From an uncultured Verrucomicrobiae bacterium (GTDB lineage: Bacteria > Verrucomicrobiota > Verrucomicrobiia > Limisphaerales > Palsa-1400), in assembly GCA_963764165.1 (NCBI GenBank), contig CAVXRD010000004.1, positions 576,001-640,000 of the forward strand: 64,000 bases of DNA, written 5' to 3'. How positions within the stretch are numbered: position 1 is the stretch's first letter; each line of letters opens with the position of its first letter. The position numbers and the translations under genes are program-made. Of the stretch, positions 42,466 through 52,055 are shown piece after piece. The notes under the pieces were generated by a model, which saw nothing but the letters and a program-made list of their open reading frames with translations, was not told the DNA's origin and made no database searches.

Positions 42466-43770
42466 GTGCAAATGCAGGAAGCCCTCGAATTTGATTTCTT
42501 TCCGGTTGAGAAAAAATCGCCGCCGCCGAAAGGTACGCCCGCGAAAGCGCCGTTGCTCCAGCAACTGGCGGAGTTTGACGAGTTCGGCGCCAAGACGCGC
42601 ATTTTGCAAACGGAAGCGAAGCTGTTTGATGGCGCGCCTGTTTCCGTTCCCACCGCGGTCAACGAATTCTGGACTTCAAAGCAGCGGGCGGCCAGCAGCT
42701 TGCATGAAGTCTCCTACCGCGCCTGCTTCAAACCGCAATTGCCGCGTTTTTTCATTCAACGCCTCACTGCTCCCGGCGAGATTGTTTACGATCCATTCAT
42801 GGGACGGGGAACCACGCTCGTTGAAGCTGCCTTGCTGGGCCGCGTGCCTTATGGCTGCGATGTCAATCCGCTAAGCGCCTGCCTCGCGGGGCCTCGGCTG
42901 AATCCTCCAACGCTGCCGGAAATCGAGAAACGCCTCGCGGGGATTGATTGGAACGATTCCGATGAAGCGCCGGCGGACTTGCTCGTGTTCTACCACCCGG
43001 AAACGCTCAAGCAAATTTCCGCGCTGAAAAAGTATCTTCTTCGACGCAAATCCGCCGCCCCGCTCGACGCGGTGGATGCGTGGATTCAGATGGTGGCGAT
43101 CAATCGGCTGACGGGCCATTCGCCAGGGTTTTTCTCCGTTTACACCATGCCGCCCAATCAGGCTGTCACCGTGCAAGTGCAACAGAAGATCAACGCGAAA
43201 CGAAATCAAACGCCGCCCGTCCGCAACGTCTCGCGCATCATTCTAAAAAAATCAAAACAACTCCTTGGCGATTGCACACAAACCGAACGGAACATTCTGC
43301 AAACCGTCGCAGGCAAATCCCTGTTGTTGACTGGCAAGAGCGACGCGACGCCGCAAATTCCAAGCGACTCTGTTTCACTGGCGGTCACTTCGCCGCCGTT
43401 TCTCGATGTCGTCAATTACGCGGGCGACAACTGGCTGCGCTGCTGGTTCATCGGCGTGGATTCGGCGGCGGTCGCGCTGACCGTTCCGAAGAAACTTGCC
43501 CAATGGCAGGAAGCGATGAGCGCTGTATTCCGCGAGTTGGCGCGTGTTCTTCGTCCGGGTGGGCATGTGGCGTTCGAAGTCGGCGAGGTGCGCGGCGGGA
43601 CGGTTCGCTTGGAGGAGGCTGTCGTTCCGTGCGGCGCCCAAGCCGGGCTGGATACGGAATTGATTTTGATCAACGACCAGAAATTCACCAAGACAGCCAA
43701 TTGCTGGGGGGTCGACAACAACGACAAGGGAACGAACACGAACCGAATCGTCCTTTTCAGAAAGCGGTAG
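42466..43770 (+). CDS. Orphan amino (N4-C/N6-A) DNA methyltransferase
   Basis: YDPFMGRGTT SAM-binding motif followed by the VTSPPF catalytic motif. No restriction gene adjacent. Confidence 0.88.
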   Translation: MQMQEALEFDFFPVEKKSPPPKGTPAKAPLLQQLAEFDEFGAKTRILQTEAKLFDGAPVSVPTAVNEFWTSKQRAASSLHEVSYRACFKPQLPRFFIQRLTAPGEIVYDPFMGRGTTLVEAALLGRVPYGCDVNPLSACLAGPRLNPPTLPEIEKRLAGIDWNDSDEAPADLLVFYHPETLKQISALKKYLLRRKSAAPLDAVDAWIQMVAINRLTGHSPGFFSVYTMPPNQAVTVQVQQKINAKRNQTPPVRNVSRIILKKSKQLLGDCTQTERNILQTVAGKSLLLTGKSDATPQIPSDSVSLAVTSPPFLDVVNYAGDNWLRCWFIGVDSAAVALTVPKKLAQWQEAMSAVFRELARVLRPGGHVAFEVGEVRGGTVRLEEAVVPCGAQAGLDTELILINDQKFTKTANCWGVDNNDKGTNTNRIVLFRKR

Positions 43771-43882
43771 CGCAAAGGGCGAGGATCCCCCTGACTCGCA
43801 TTACTCCCATTTCTCCAATGAAAATGGGACAGATCGGAGTAATGGGAATTATAGGGCGGCTCGACAGGCGCCTCGCCCTACC
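43766..43882. repeat. Degenerate GTAG-type REP pair enclosing tcccat/atggga repeats
   Basis: Right arm cggctcgacaggcgcctcgccctacc; partial left arm ggtag...agggcgagg. Confidence 0.6.
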
Positions 43883-43961
43883 ACGTCCAAATTCGCCGCA
43901 GTATTGTGCCGCGCAAGCGCGGTTGAATCGCGTCAAGCAAACGGATATACATGCGGGCGCG

Positions 43962-45116
43962 ATGTCCGCATTCGTTGTTTATCTCGTGGCCGCCGGCGTT
44001 GGATTCGCGGTGGCGCACTTTATCAGCCGCGCACCCGAGTTGCGCACAATGAGGCTTTCGCAGCTTGTCCTTGTTCCTGTGCTTTTTGTCGTCGCGGCCC
44101 ATTTGATCGCGCAGCCGCGGGCGCATTCGCAAATCGAAGGAATGGCGAATTTCATCGCGTTCGCCGGGGTCATGGGGTTTCTGGCTGTCCTGCTGGCGCC
44201 GAACATTGCTTATCACTGCGGCGCGGCGCTCTCGAATTTCCTCGATCCCACCGATTGGACGCCCGAGGAGGAGGAAATTGCGCTGCGCCCCATCCAGCAT
44301 TTGATCGACAGGAACCGCTACCACGAAGCTCTGACCGACCTAAAACTTCTTCTAGTCACTCACAAACCGACCTACGAAGCGCGCTTGATGGCGGCGAAAC
44401 TCCTGCATCATTGCGGGCAGTTGGACGAGTCGGTTTCCTCCCTCGTGAGCCTGATTGAACTCAGCCAGACTACTCCGCAACAGCTCGCCGCGATGGAACT
44501 TCTGGCCTTGCTCGAGGAATATCATCACGAAAAGTTGCCGAGCGGAAAGGCGGACACGGGCCGCATCCAAATCCGCCATGAATTGGTTTTGTTCCCCATC
44601 TCAGAGCAAGCGGTGGAACCTTACAAATTAATCGCACCCGGGACGCATGATGTGGAATCACTGTTTCACCGGAACCATCGCTGGCTGAAATTGAAAGGCA
44701 GCGAGTGGGGCAATGCCGAAATGTGCTGGCGCTCCATCGAGGGATCGCCCGGCGCGCCAGAGGCTGCGCCGCGGCGGAGCGTTTTCCGGCATGTCGCGCG
44801 GTTGCACCAATCAATCAGCCGTTGCCTGTATCGGAAGCCCTATTTGCGAAAACAAATGGAAGCCCAGGCGATGTTCAAAGAAGCCGGGCAGCTCATGCGC
44901 GAGGAAAAGTGGGCCGCGGCGGCGCCAATCCTGGAAAAGGCGGCATCACTCGACCCGGGCCGCTACGAAATCGCCTATCGGTGGCTGCAAGCAGTCGTCA
45001 GCGCTGGCAATTCCAGCGCCGCCGATTGCGCTCTGACGCAAATTCTCGAGCAAAGCCAATGGACTGAGTCGGAAGAGGAAATGCTCAAGCAGCTTCGCCG
45101 TTCTGGCGTTAAGTAG
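43962..45116 (+). CDS. Membrane protein (3 TM) with TPR-like helices
   Basis: ATG 43962 (MSAFVVYL). The longer ORF from 43080 overlaps the methyltransferase gene and a repeat. Confidence 0.75.
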   Translation: MSAFVVYLVAAGVGFAVAHFISRAPELRTMRLSQLVLVPVLFVVAAHLIAQPRAHSQIEGMANFIAFAGVMGFLAVLLAPNIAYHCGAALSNFLDPTDWTPEEEEIALRPIQHLIDRNRYHEALTDLKLLLVTHKPTYEARLMAAKLLHHCGQLDESVSSLVSLIELSQTTPQQLAAMELLALLEEYHHEKLPSGKADTGRIQIRHELVLFPISEQAVEPYKLIAPGTHDVESLFHRNHRWLKLKGSEWGNAEMCWRSIEGSPGAPEAAPRRSVFRHVARLHQSISRCLYRKPYLRKQMEAQAMFKEAGQLMREEKWAAAAPILEKAASLDPGRYEIAYRWLQAVVSAGNSSAADCALTQILEQSQWTESEEEMLKQLRRSGVK

Positions 45117-45573
45117 CGGCGTGCCAATGAACGGTTCGGCAAGCGCAACCGATTATAATTTGCCCCTGCCGAATAAATTTTCTTGCAGTCCCATTAAATC
45201 ATGGTAATATAAGAATATGGAAATATCATTTGATGGGATTGGGGGCGGCGCGGCGGGCGCAGGCTGGCCTGGCGCCCGGCTGTTGGGCGTGGCTGCCTTC
45301 TGCGCAGGGAGGCGGGGCTCTTTTTGGGTATTTCTGACGCTGCTGTTTCGAGATGCAGCGGTTTTCCGCCAGGAGATGGGATGCGATCGGAATGGTCGAG
45401 CGCGAGTCTCTTTGCCGAAGTTGGTTTTCAGTCTGGCAGGCGCAGAATTGGGGATCGTGTGTTTGGCCGGTTCTGGATACGGGCAAGCCAGTCGCACCAA
45501 ATCGCACCTGTTTTTCGAAAAATCGACAATTCGCCACATGACAAACATTTGCCTGAAATTTTCCAAAAACCAC

Positions 45574-45628
45574 TTGACGACCACAACCCTTTGTTGTTAT
45601 CAAGGCGCAACACTACATTATGTAGCGG
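45574..45628 (+). promoter_or_regulatory. nrdR promoter region with two putative NrdR boxes
   Basis: TTGACG at 45574. ccaCaAccctTtGttg (45581) and ctaCattATgTaGcgg (45613) are 32 bp apart and resemble acaCwAtATaTwGtgt. Confidence 0.55.
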
Positions 45629-45640
45629 TTGTTAAACCCT

Positions 45641-46111
45641 ATGCGCTGTCCCAAGTGCGGCAATCAAGACGACAAAGTCATCGATTCGCGAGCCTCCCGC
45701 GAAGGATCGACTATTCGCCGTCGTCGCGAATGCCTCCAATGCGGTCATCGCTTCACCACTTACGAGGAAGTCGAACACGAAGGCCTTATGGTGGTCAAGC
45801 GCGACGGCAGACGCGAGGAGTTCTCGAAGGAAAAGCTGCTTTCCGGCTTGCGCAAAGCCTGCCAGAAGCGGCCCATCAGCCCCAAAGTCATCGAGGAGCT
45901 GGCGGAAAATATCATGGATGAAATCAGCGACAAATACGAGCGCGAAGTCCCCGGCATGGCCATCGGCGAACGCGTCATGGAAGGGCTCCGGCAAATCGAC
46001 AAAGTGGCTTATGTCCGCTTTGCCAGCGTTTACCGGCGTTTCGAGGAAGCGACCGAATTTGTCCGCGAAGTCAGAAAATTGGAGGCTAATCATGATTCAA
46101 CTAAAGAGTGA
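45641..46111 (+). CDS. nrdR: Transcriptional repressor NrdR
   Basis: MRCPKC, VIDSR, IRRRREC..CGHRFTTYE, ATP cone, VAYVRFASVY. Confidence 0.97.
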   Translation: MRCPKCGNQDDKVIDSRASREGSTIRRRRECLQCGHRFTTYEEVEHEGLMVVKRDGRREEFSKEKLLSGLRKACQKRPISPKVIEELAENIMDEISDKYEREVPGMAIGERVMEGLRQIDKVAYVRFASVYRRFEEATEFVREVRKLEANHDSTKE

Positions 46112-46673
46112 TTGTCTGATCATAAAAACGAGCGACGGCGAACAAATCCCCTGCTCGGCGGAATGGGTCACGTTTGAACTGATGGGCGACGACGCCAATC
46201 TGCTGGACCCGGAAATGGTGCGGCACGCCTCGGCGGCGGTGCTCCATTATTTCAAGACGGAACTTCAACGCTCGGCGGTTTCGGTGTCGGAATTCGCCCA
46301 GGCTTTGGAAAAGGTGCTGCGCAGTTTCGGCTTGAGCGTGACGGCGGATTGCCCGTTGGAAGCTTCGCCGCCAGCACCGGCCCCCGCCCAGCGCACGATT
46401 GAATTCAATCTCAACGAGCTGGCGACCAGCGCGGCACGAGAGAGTTTTGAATTGGTTTTCTTCCCCACCCTGCGCCAGGAAATGAAACGGCGGCTTGACG
46501 AATCGCCGAATGTCATCCGCTTTCACAATTTGCGCGATTGCGTCAAGAAATTGACGGGTGCGCAGCGATGGAACCTGCGATGCCAGAAGCTGCACGATCA
46601 GATCGTCGATTTTCTGCGCTCCTGCTGGGTGGCCGAGCCCGGCCGGCGCTCGTGCGCGCTGGTGGTGGTATGA
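46092..46673 (+). CDS. Hypothetical protein, possibly a degenerate ATP-cone
   Basis: GGAGG at 46081 before ATG 46092; overlaps nrdR and the HIT gene. Confidence 0.8.
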   Translation: MIQLKSDCLIIKTSDGEQIPCSAEWVTFELMGDDANLLDPEMVRHASAAVLHYFKTELQRSAVSVSEFAQALEKVLRSFGLSVTADCPLEASPPAPAPAQRTIEFNLNELATSAARESFELVFFPTLRQEMKRRLDESPNVIRFHNLRDCVKKLTGAQRWNLRCQKLHDQIVDFLRSCWVAEPGRRSCALVVV

Positions 46674-47008
46674 GCATTTTCAAAAAAATCATTGACAAAG
46701 AAATCCCGGCCGCAATTGTTTACGAAGATGACCTCGTGCTGGCCTTCCGCGACATAAGTCCGCAGGCGCCGACGCACATTGTCATGATTCCCAAGAAGGA
46801 AATCCGCCGCATCGGCGAAGCGCAAGCCGAGGACCATAAGCTTCTGGGCCATCTGCTTCTGAAGGCGGCTGCGGTGGCGGCGCAGCTTGGCTTGGACAAG
46901 ACGGGCTACCGCCTCGTAGTCAACAATGGTCCCGATGGCGGCGAAACTGTTCCCCATTTGCATTGCCACATCCTCGGCGGCCGTAAAATGGCGTGGCCTC
47001 CGGGCTAG
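46670..47008 (+). CDS. Histidine triad (HIT) nucleotide-binding protein
   Basis: [29 protein letters not shown] triad, WPPG; ATGA overlap. Confidence 0.95.
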   Translation: MSIFKKIIDKEIPAAIVYEDDLVLAFRDISPQAPTHIVMIPKKEIRRIGEAQAEDHKLLGHLLLKAAAVAAQLGLDKTGYRLVVNNGPDGGETVPHLHCHILGGRKMAWPPG

Positions 47009-47039
47009 GCCCACGACAGCCGTGAAGCACAATTTCTAT

Positions 47040-47150
47040 GCAGCGCAGGTTTCAAAACCTGCTGTATCGCAGGCTTCCAAGCCTGCATGCGGTGTTGCGG
47101 CAAGCGGATTTGGAAATCCGCGATACAGCAGGTTTGGAAACCTGCGCTAC
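47040..47150. repeat. REPIN-like element of a second GTAG family (gtagcgcaggtttccaaacctgc)
   Basis: gcagcgcaggtttcaaaacctgctgtatcgc ... gcgatacagcaggtttggaaacctgcgctac, with inner hairpins. Confidence 0.88.
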
Positions 47151-47182
47151 GGAAGACAGGCTGCCGCTGAATCCTTTTCCCA

Positions 47183-47263
47183 AGGTAGGGACGCCTCGCC
47201 GAGGCGTCCGGTTGCGTGTGAACAATGCCTCGCCCCGGACGCCTCGCCGAGGCGTCCCTACCT
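47183..47263. repeat. 81-bp REPIN of the RAYT-associated family
   Basis: aggtagggacgcctcgccgaggcgtccg...cggacgcctcgccgaggcgtccctacct; same length as, and a spacer similar to, 9648-9728. Confidence 0.92.
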
Positions 47264-47266
47264 CTC

Positions 47267-47872
47267 ATGATCGCCTACTTGAGCGGCCAATTGATTGAGG
47301 CTCTCCCGACCCAGGTGATCGTGGAGGTCGGCGGCGTGGGTTACGATGTCCTCATTCCACTCTCGTCGTTCGACAAATTGCCGCAACGCGGCCAGGCAAT
47401 TAAATTATTGACGCACCTTGTCGTCCGCGAGGATGCGCATATTCTCTACGGATTCATGTCCGAGGCGGAGCGAACGATGTTTCGGCTGCTCATCAATGCC
47501 GTCAGCGGGATCGGCCCCAAAACGGCGTTGAACATCCTCAGCGGCATCAGCGTGGCGGCGTTTCGCGGCGCGGTGGCCGGCGGCGATGTCAAAATGCTTT
47601 CGCAGATTTCCGGCGTTGGCAAAAAAACGGCGGAGCGGATCATTATTGAATTGAAGGACAAGATCGGTCCCGGCGGAGTGCTCGAAGCCCAAAGCGCCGC
47701 GCGCGCCTTGTCCATTCCTGAACAGAAGATCAACGACGCCGTGCTGGCCCTCATTGCGCTCGGCTTCAAGCCCGCCGAAGCCCATGAGACCGTTCGCGGG
47801 GCGCAGGCAGTGCTCGGGCCGGAGGCGGGCCTGGAGGATCTCGTCCGGGCGAGTTTGAAGAAAGGGGCGTAA
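47267..47872 (+). CDS. ruvA: Holliday junction branch migration protein RuvA
   Basis: MIAYLSG, GGVGY, VREDAHILYGF, two HhH motifs, ALIALGF. Confidence 0.97.
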   Translation: MIAYLSGQLIEALPTQVIVEVGGVGYDVLIPLSSFDKLPQRGQAIKLLTHLVVREDAHILYGFMSEAERTMFRLLINAVSGIGPKTALNILSGISVAAFRGAVAGGDVKMLSQISGVGKKTAERIIIELKDKIGPGGVLEAQSAARALSIPEQKINDAVLALIALGFKPAEAHETVRGAQAVLGPEAGLEDLVRASLKKGA

Positions 47873-48540
47873 TGGCGGAATCCGGCGTTGTTGTGCCTTA
47901 CGCGCTGCCGTGGCCCAAGCGGCTTGCGGCCGCCACCGTGGCGGCGCTGTTCTGGCTTTGCCGGAAAACATGGCGGGTGCGGTGGCGCGATTCCAGTGGG
48001 CCGCCGACTTCGGGCCATGTGATTTTCTGCATCTGGCATAACCGCTTCATGGCGGCGCTGGCGAGCTACGACACAGTTGCGCGCAAGCGCTGGCAGGCAA
48101 AGGGTCTTGCCGCGATCATCAGCGCCAGCCGCGACGGCAGCCTGGTGTCCGACGTGGCGGCGCGCCTCGGCGTGCAGCCGATTCGCGGCTCGACCAGCCG
48201 GCGCGGCCCGCAGGCGCTGCTCGAAGCAACGACATGGGTCGACAGGGATTACAACATCGCGTTTTTCTCCGACGGGCCGCGCGGGCCTGTTTACGAGGTC
48301 AAGGAAGGCATTATCGCGCTGGCGAAAATCACCGGCCGCCCGATTGTCCCGGTGTCCAATTTCACGAATTGGAAAATCCGGCTGGGCAGCTGGGATCGCT
48401 TTCAAATTCCCCTGCCTTTCGCCCGTTGCGACGCTTATTTTGGCGAGCCGATCTGGGTGCCGCGCGACGCCTCGGACGCCGAGCGGGAGCAGCTTCGCGA
48501 GAAATTGGAGAAGTCCATGCGGGCGATCACGAAGGACTAA
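47872..48540 (+). CDS. DUF374/lysophospholipid acyltransferase family protein
   Basis: IWHNR, SASRDG, IRGSTSRRG, DGPRGP, SWDRFQIPLPF. Confidence 0.92.
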   Translation: MAESGVVVPYALPWPKRLAAATVAALFWLCRKTWRVRWRDSSGPPTSGHVIFCIWHNRFMAALASYDTVARKRWQAKGLAAIISASRDGSLVSDVAARLGVQPIRGSTSRRGPQALLEATTWVDRDYNIAFFSDGPRGPVYEVKEGIIALAKITGRPIVPVSNFTNWKIRLGSWDRFQIPLPFARCDAYFGEPIWVPRDASDAEREQLREKLEKSMRAITKD

Positions 48541-49064
48541 TCAGAGTGGTACATGTCCAGAACATTTCTTACGTACAGCTTCGTCGCGGGGAAGCCGATT
48601 TTCCGGATGAAATCAGCGCTGTTCGTCGCGCCGCCGCCGTCCAGCCATTTGAGGACGTTGCCGCGGCCGGCGTTGTATTCCGCGAGGGCAAATGGGATCG
48701 GGTCGTCGGCGATTTTGTAATGCTGGACGGCGTGCTTCAGATACCAGCTTCCTGCGAGAATGTTCGTCAGCGGATTGAGGCATTCCACATGCTCGAAATG
48801 GGAAATGTGCTCCGCGTATGCCCATTCGGAGGCGGCGACGTCCCTGATCTGCATCAGCCCAAGCTCGCCAGCGCGGCCCCGCACGGTGGGATCGAAATTG
48901 CTCTCTTGCCGGATGACCGAACGGATGAGGGCGGGTGGAAGCTGATAGCGCCTGGCCGCCTCGTTAATGAACGCGTCGAACCGGTGGGCGCGCCAATGAC
49001 GCCAGCCAATGACGGCGGACGCCGCCAACAATCCGAGCACAAGAGTGTAGCCAATCCGTTTCAC
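48537..49064 (-). CDS. Lytic transglycosylase (SLT domain)
   Basis: VIRQESNF, GLMQI, EYNAG. Start moved to GTG 49064, which gives an N-terminal TM helix. Confidence 0.9.
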   Translation of the reverse strand: MKRIGYTLVLGLLAASAVIGWRHWRAHRFDAFINEAARRYQLPPALIRSVIRQESNFDPTVRGRAGELGLMQIRDVAASEWAYAEHISHFEHVECLNPLTNILAGSWYLKHAVQHYKIADDPIPFALAEYNAGRGNVLKWLDGGGATNSADFIRKIGFPATKLYVRNVLDMYHSD

Positions 49065-49110
49065 CGCAAATCCGTGGCAGGGATTCTGGATGGCTTTGGC
49101 TCGGACCGCA

Positions 49111-52023
49111 CTACCCTTTTTTCGGCTTCGGTCTCCCCGCCGGAACCGCGACCTGCGGACGGGAAGGAGGATTGGCCGGTGGCGCCGAATTTGCGGCCAC
49201 CGGAGCGGGCGTGGCAGGCACTGGGGCCACCGGAGCCGCTTCGCGTTCGGGATGCTTGCGCGTGACAATTAGAAATCCCGCCAGCAATGCGCCCGCCAAA
49301 ATCGCGCTGACGCTCACATAAAGCCCCGTGATCGACGGGCTGAATTTGAATTCAACCTTGTGCTGACCGGCAGTCAAATAAACGCCGCGCATGATGAAAT
49401 TGCACCGCAGCATTGGCGCGGGATTTCCATCGACTGTCACGCGCCAGTTTGAGTCCCAGCGGTCGTTCAAAAGAAGAACCGCGGCAGTCTTGGCGTTGGC
49501 GTCGAGTTTGACCACCTTCGGATGATACTCGGCAATCGTCACTTCTCCAGCGTCCGCCGTGGAATCTGACCTGGGTTGCGGCGGCGGAGTGTTCGTGGCA
49601 ATGAGCACTGTGTTCAACGGCTCAAAATCCTGGTTCGTCAACATTCCAAGCGTGGCGACATCGTTGGATGGCGTGAGCCAGTTGGAAAAGAGTTTTGCCC
49701 TCGGCAGCGCGCGATCGTACTCGATCATCGCGCAATCGCCCTTGCCCTGAGCTTCGACCACCGTGTAGTCGCTGATCTCAACCGCAGCCACCCCCGGCTT
49801 CTGCGTCGTTTTCATCAATTCCTTGAGCTTAAACGCATGGTGAATCGGATCGGCGCGGACGTTGAGCGTTTGCAATGCTCCAGCATTGCCGAAAAAGTAA
49901 CGCGTGTTGGTGAGCTGCCATAAGCGCGCCGCCGGGCGAAGATCGGTCGAGGCAATATCCGCGCCGACAAGCTCGAACGCCTTCAAGTAGACGCGATCCA
50001 GATCCGGCATGTGCGAGGCTTGGGAAAAATCCAGCGTCTGGATGTTGTGATACGGAAAATCATTTTGCAGCCAGAAGAAATAGAGCTGGCCAAGCCCCGG
50101 CTGAACGCCGCTTCCCGGTCCCCTCGGCTCCAGTTTGCCGATCACGCGGTGCTCCCAAGGTTTGTCAATCAAAAATTCGGTCGCCGCATTCATCACATAT
50201 TTCTCGCGGTAATCGTAATAGTGCAGCCAGGGAACATCGGCTCGCGCCAAATCCCAGATCATAAGGATGGCCATGCAGCTCCAGGCCCATTTCGATTCGC
50301 GCCCGGTCCACGCCCCGCAAAGAACCGCCGCGATTATGAGCATGCCGCCGAGAAGAAAGGCCACGAAAATGACGGCTTCCTCAAGCGTGAACGCGGATAT
50401 TTGCCTGGCCTGGTTCAGCGTGAACGATTGCTCCCGCAAATAACGCATATGATCATTTCGATCCATGGCCAGCAGGACGGTTCCAAGAATGGCCACGCCA
50501 GCGAAAGCGAGCATGAAGATCGCCCATTTGCGTTCAAATCCGACGGCGCGCTTCCACCATGTGTGAATCTGGCTAACGAGAACATCCGTTGATTTGTTCC
50601 CGTAGTTCCTCATGTAGCGGCGGTAGAGCACTTCCATTCCGTAGGCAGCGAGGATGATCCAGGCAATATGGAACGGATGCATGAACTTGATAGGATTTCG
50701 GATCGTCGAAAAATAAGGGAGCTTGTAAATGAATTGGTAAATAAATCCAAATCTTCCCCATGCCGCGAGCAGCGAAAACACCGCCACCGCGCCCCAGTAA
50801 ACGACCGACATCCATTCCGACTTTGAAAATACTCCCTCCGCTTTGCTGCGAAATATATTTGCCACTCCGAAAATGGCCAAGAGCGAGACGAGGACGCCCG
50901 CGCACTCACCCGAGCCGGAGTATCGCCAGTAAATGCCGCTCTTCCGCGTGATGTTTTGCAGTCCGGGGGTTCGCGAGAGGCGATCGGGCGTATCGAGATT
51001 TGTGCGGAACGCTTCGCCAAGCTTCATGGCGGTCAGCGCGTTCGAACGCACCACCGGATCGTCGCTGCCGAGAAGCGGAAGCTGCGGGGCCTGGCCGATT
51101 CTGCCCCAATAAGCCGAAGAGTGATTTGTCTCGTCGATATTGCCGCTGAGGCGATAGCCAAACAGCCCCGGCACCATGACTTGCAGCGACTCCGCTTTCG
51201 GCAAGCTCCATTGCGTGGCGGGATTCCAACGCGACTCCCTTGTTTGCTCGTCCTGATTCATTGCGGCGACGCCTTCAACTTCCGTCTCAACCAGGGTGTG
51301 CATTGTTTGATAAGCGATGACTGCCGCGAAAAGAACAACCAATGCGCCACCCACCGCCACGTTCACCGCCCTAGTGGCAAGGGGAGCGTTGTTGTTCACA
51401 AAGAGATGGAAGACTAGATAAACGCCCAAGTAAATACTAAGAATAGCCCCAACATCGTACCCCTCCATGACTCCCATGCCGACCGCCAATCCCGCAAGCA
51501 CAGCGCGCTCCCAGACGCGCGGGATGGCCTTCGCGTTCAGCGCCGCCATGGCCAAGAAGGTGCATGCGGCCGCCAACTCCCAATGGCCCAAACCCCAGCA
51601 GGCGATGGACAGAAAATGGCCGTTCAATCCCGCCGCCACGCCACCCAGAACGCACACCATCGGGCCGAAATTAAGCTGCCGGAAAAAGAGCCACGCCGAA
51701 AAACCCAAGAATAAAAGCGTCAGCGGCGCATACATTTTCAGAAACACCACTGGCGAAAGCACCGTCGCAAGCGACATCGTAATGCTCGGGGACGCTGCCG
51801 GGGCATCGCCGCCCAGCCATGCATTGTCCGTCCAGGTGCCGGTGAAGCGGCCCGGGAGGCGGTTGCACTCCACGACCCGCTCGCCAAGAGTGTGATCGTT
51901 GTCAAAAAGAATGTAGTGGGGATTGAGGCTTTGATGGAAAAGGCAGAGCAAGGCCGCGCCAAGCAACGCAAACAACAGCCAGCACTGGCTCGTTTGGCCT
52001 GATGTCCCGGAAACGTTACGCAT
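49111..52023 (-). CDS. YfhO-like GT-C membrane protein
   Basis: Polytopic; PYFSTIRNPIKF; C-terminal LLNDRWDSNWRVTVDG...NFIMRGVYLTAGQHKVEFKF followed by a TM helix. Confidence 0.85.
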   Translation of the reverse strand: MRNVSGTSGQTSQCWLLFALLGAALLCLFHQSLNPHYILFDNDHTLGERVVECNRLPGRFTGTWTDNAWLGGDAPAASPSITMSLATVLSPVVFLKMYAPLTLLFLGFSAWLFFRQLNFGPMVCVLGGVAAGLNGHFLSIACWGLGHWELAAACTFLAMAALNAKAIPRVWERAVLAGLAVGMGVMEGYDVGAILSIYLGVYLVFHLFVNNNAPLATRAVNVAVGGALVVLFAAVIAYQTMHTLVETEVEGVAAMNQDEQTRESRWNPATQWSLPKAESLQVMVPGLFGYRLSGNIDETNHSSAYWGRIGQAPQLPLLGSDDPVVRSNALTAMKLGEAFRTNLDTPDRLSRTPGLQNITRKSGIYWRYSGSGECAGVLVSLLAIFGVANIFRSKAEGVFSKSEWMSVVYWGAVAVFSLLAAWGRFGFIYQFIYKLPYFSTIRNPIKFMHPFHIAWIILAAYGMEVLYRRYMRNYGNKSTDVLVSQIHTWWKRAVGFERKWAIFMLAFAGVAILGTVLLAMDRNDHMRYLREQSFTLNQARQISAFTLEEAVIFVAFLLGGMLIIAAVLCGAWTGRESKWAWSCMAILMIWDLARADVPWLHYYDYREKYVMNAATEFLIDKPWEHRVIGKLEPRGPGSGVQPGLGQLYFFWLQNDFPYHNIQTLDFSQASHMPDLDRVYLKAFELVGADIASTDLRPAARLWQLTNTRYFFGNAGALQTLNVRADPIHHAFKLKELMKTTQKPGVAAVEISDYTVVEAQGKGDCAMIEYDRALPRAKLFSNWLTPSNDVATLGMLTNQDFEPLNTVLIATNTPPPQPRSDSTADAGEVTIAEYHPKVVKLDANAKTAAVLLLNDRWDSNWRVTVDGNPAPMLRCNFIMRGVYLTAGQHKVEFKFSPSITGLYVSVSAILAGALLAGFLIVTRKHPEREAAPVAPVPATPAPVAANSAPPANPPSRPQVAVPAGRPKPKKG

Positions 52024-52055
52024 AACGGTAGGTTTTCCCGATTTAACGTGAGAAA

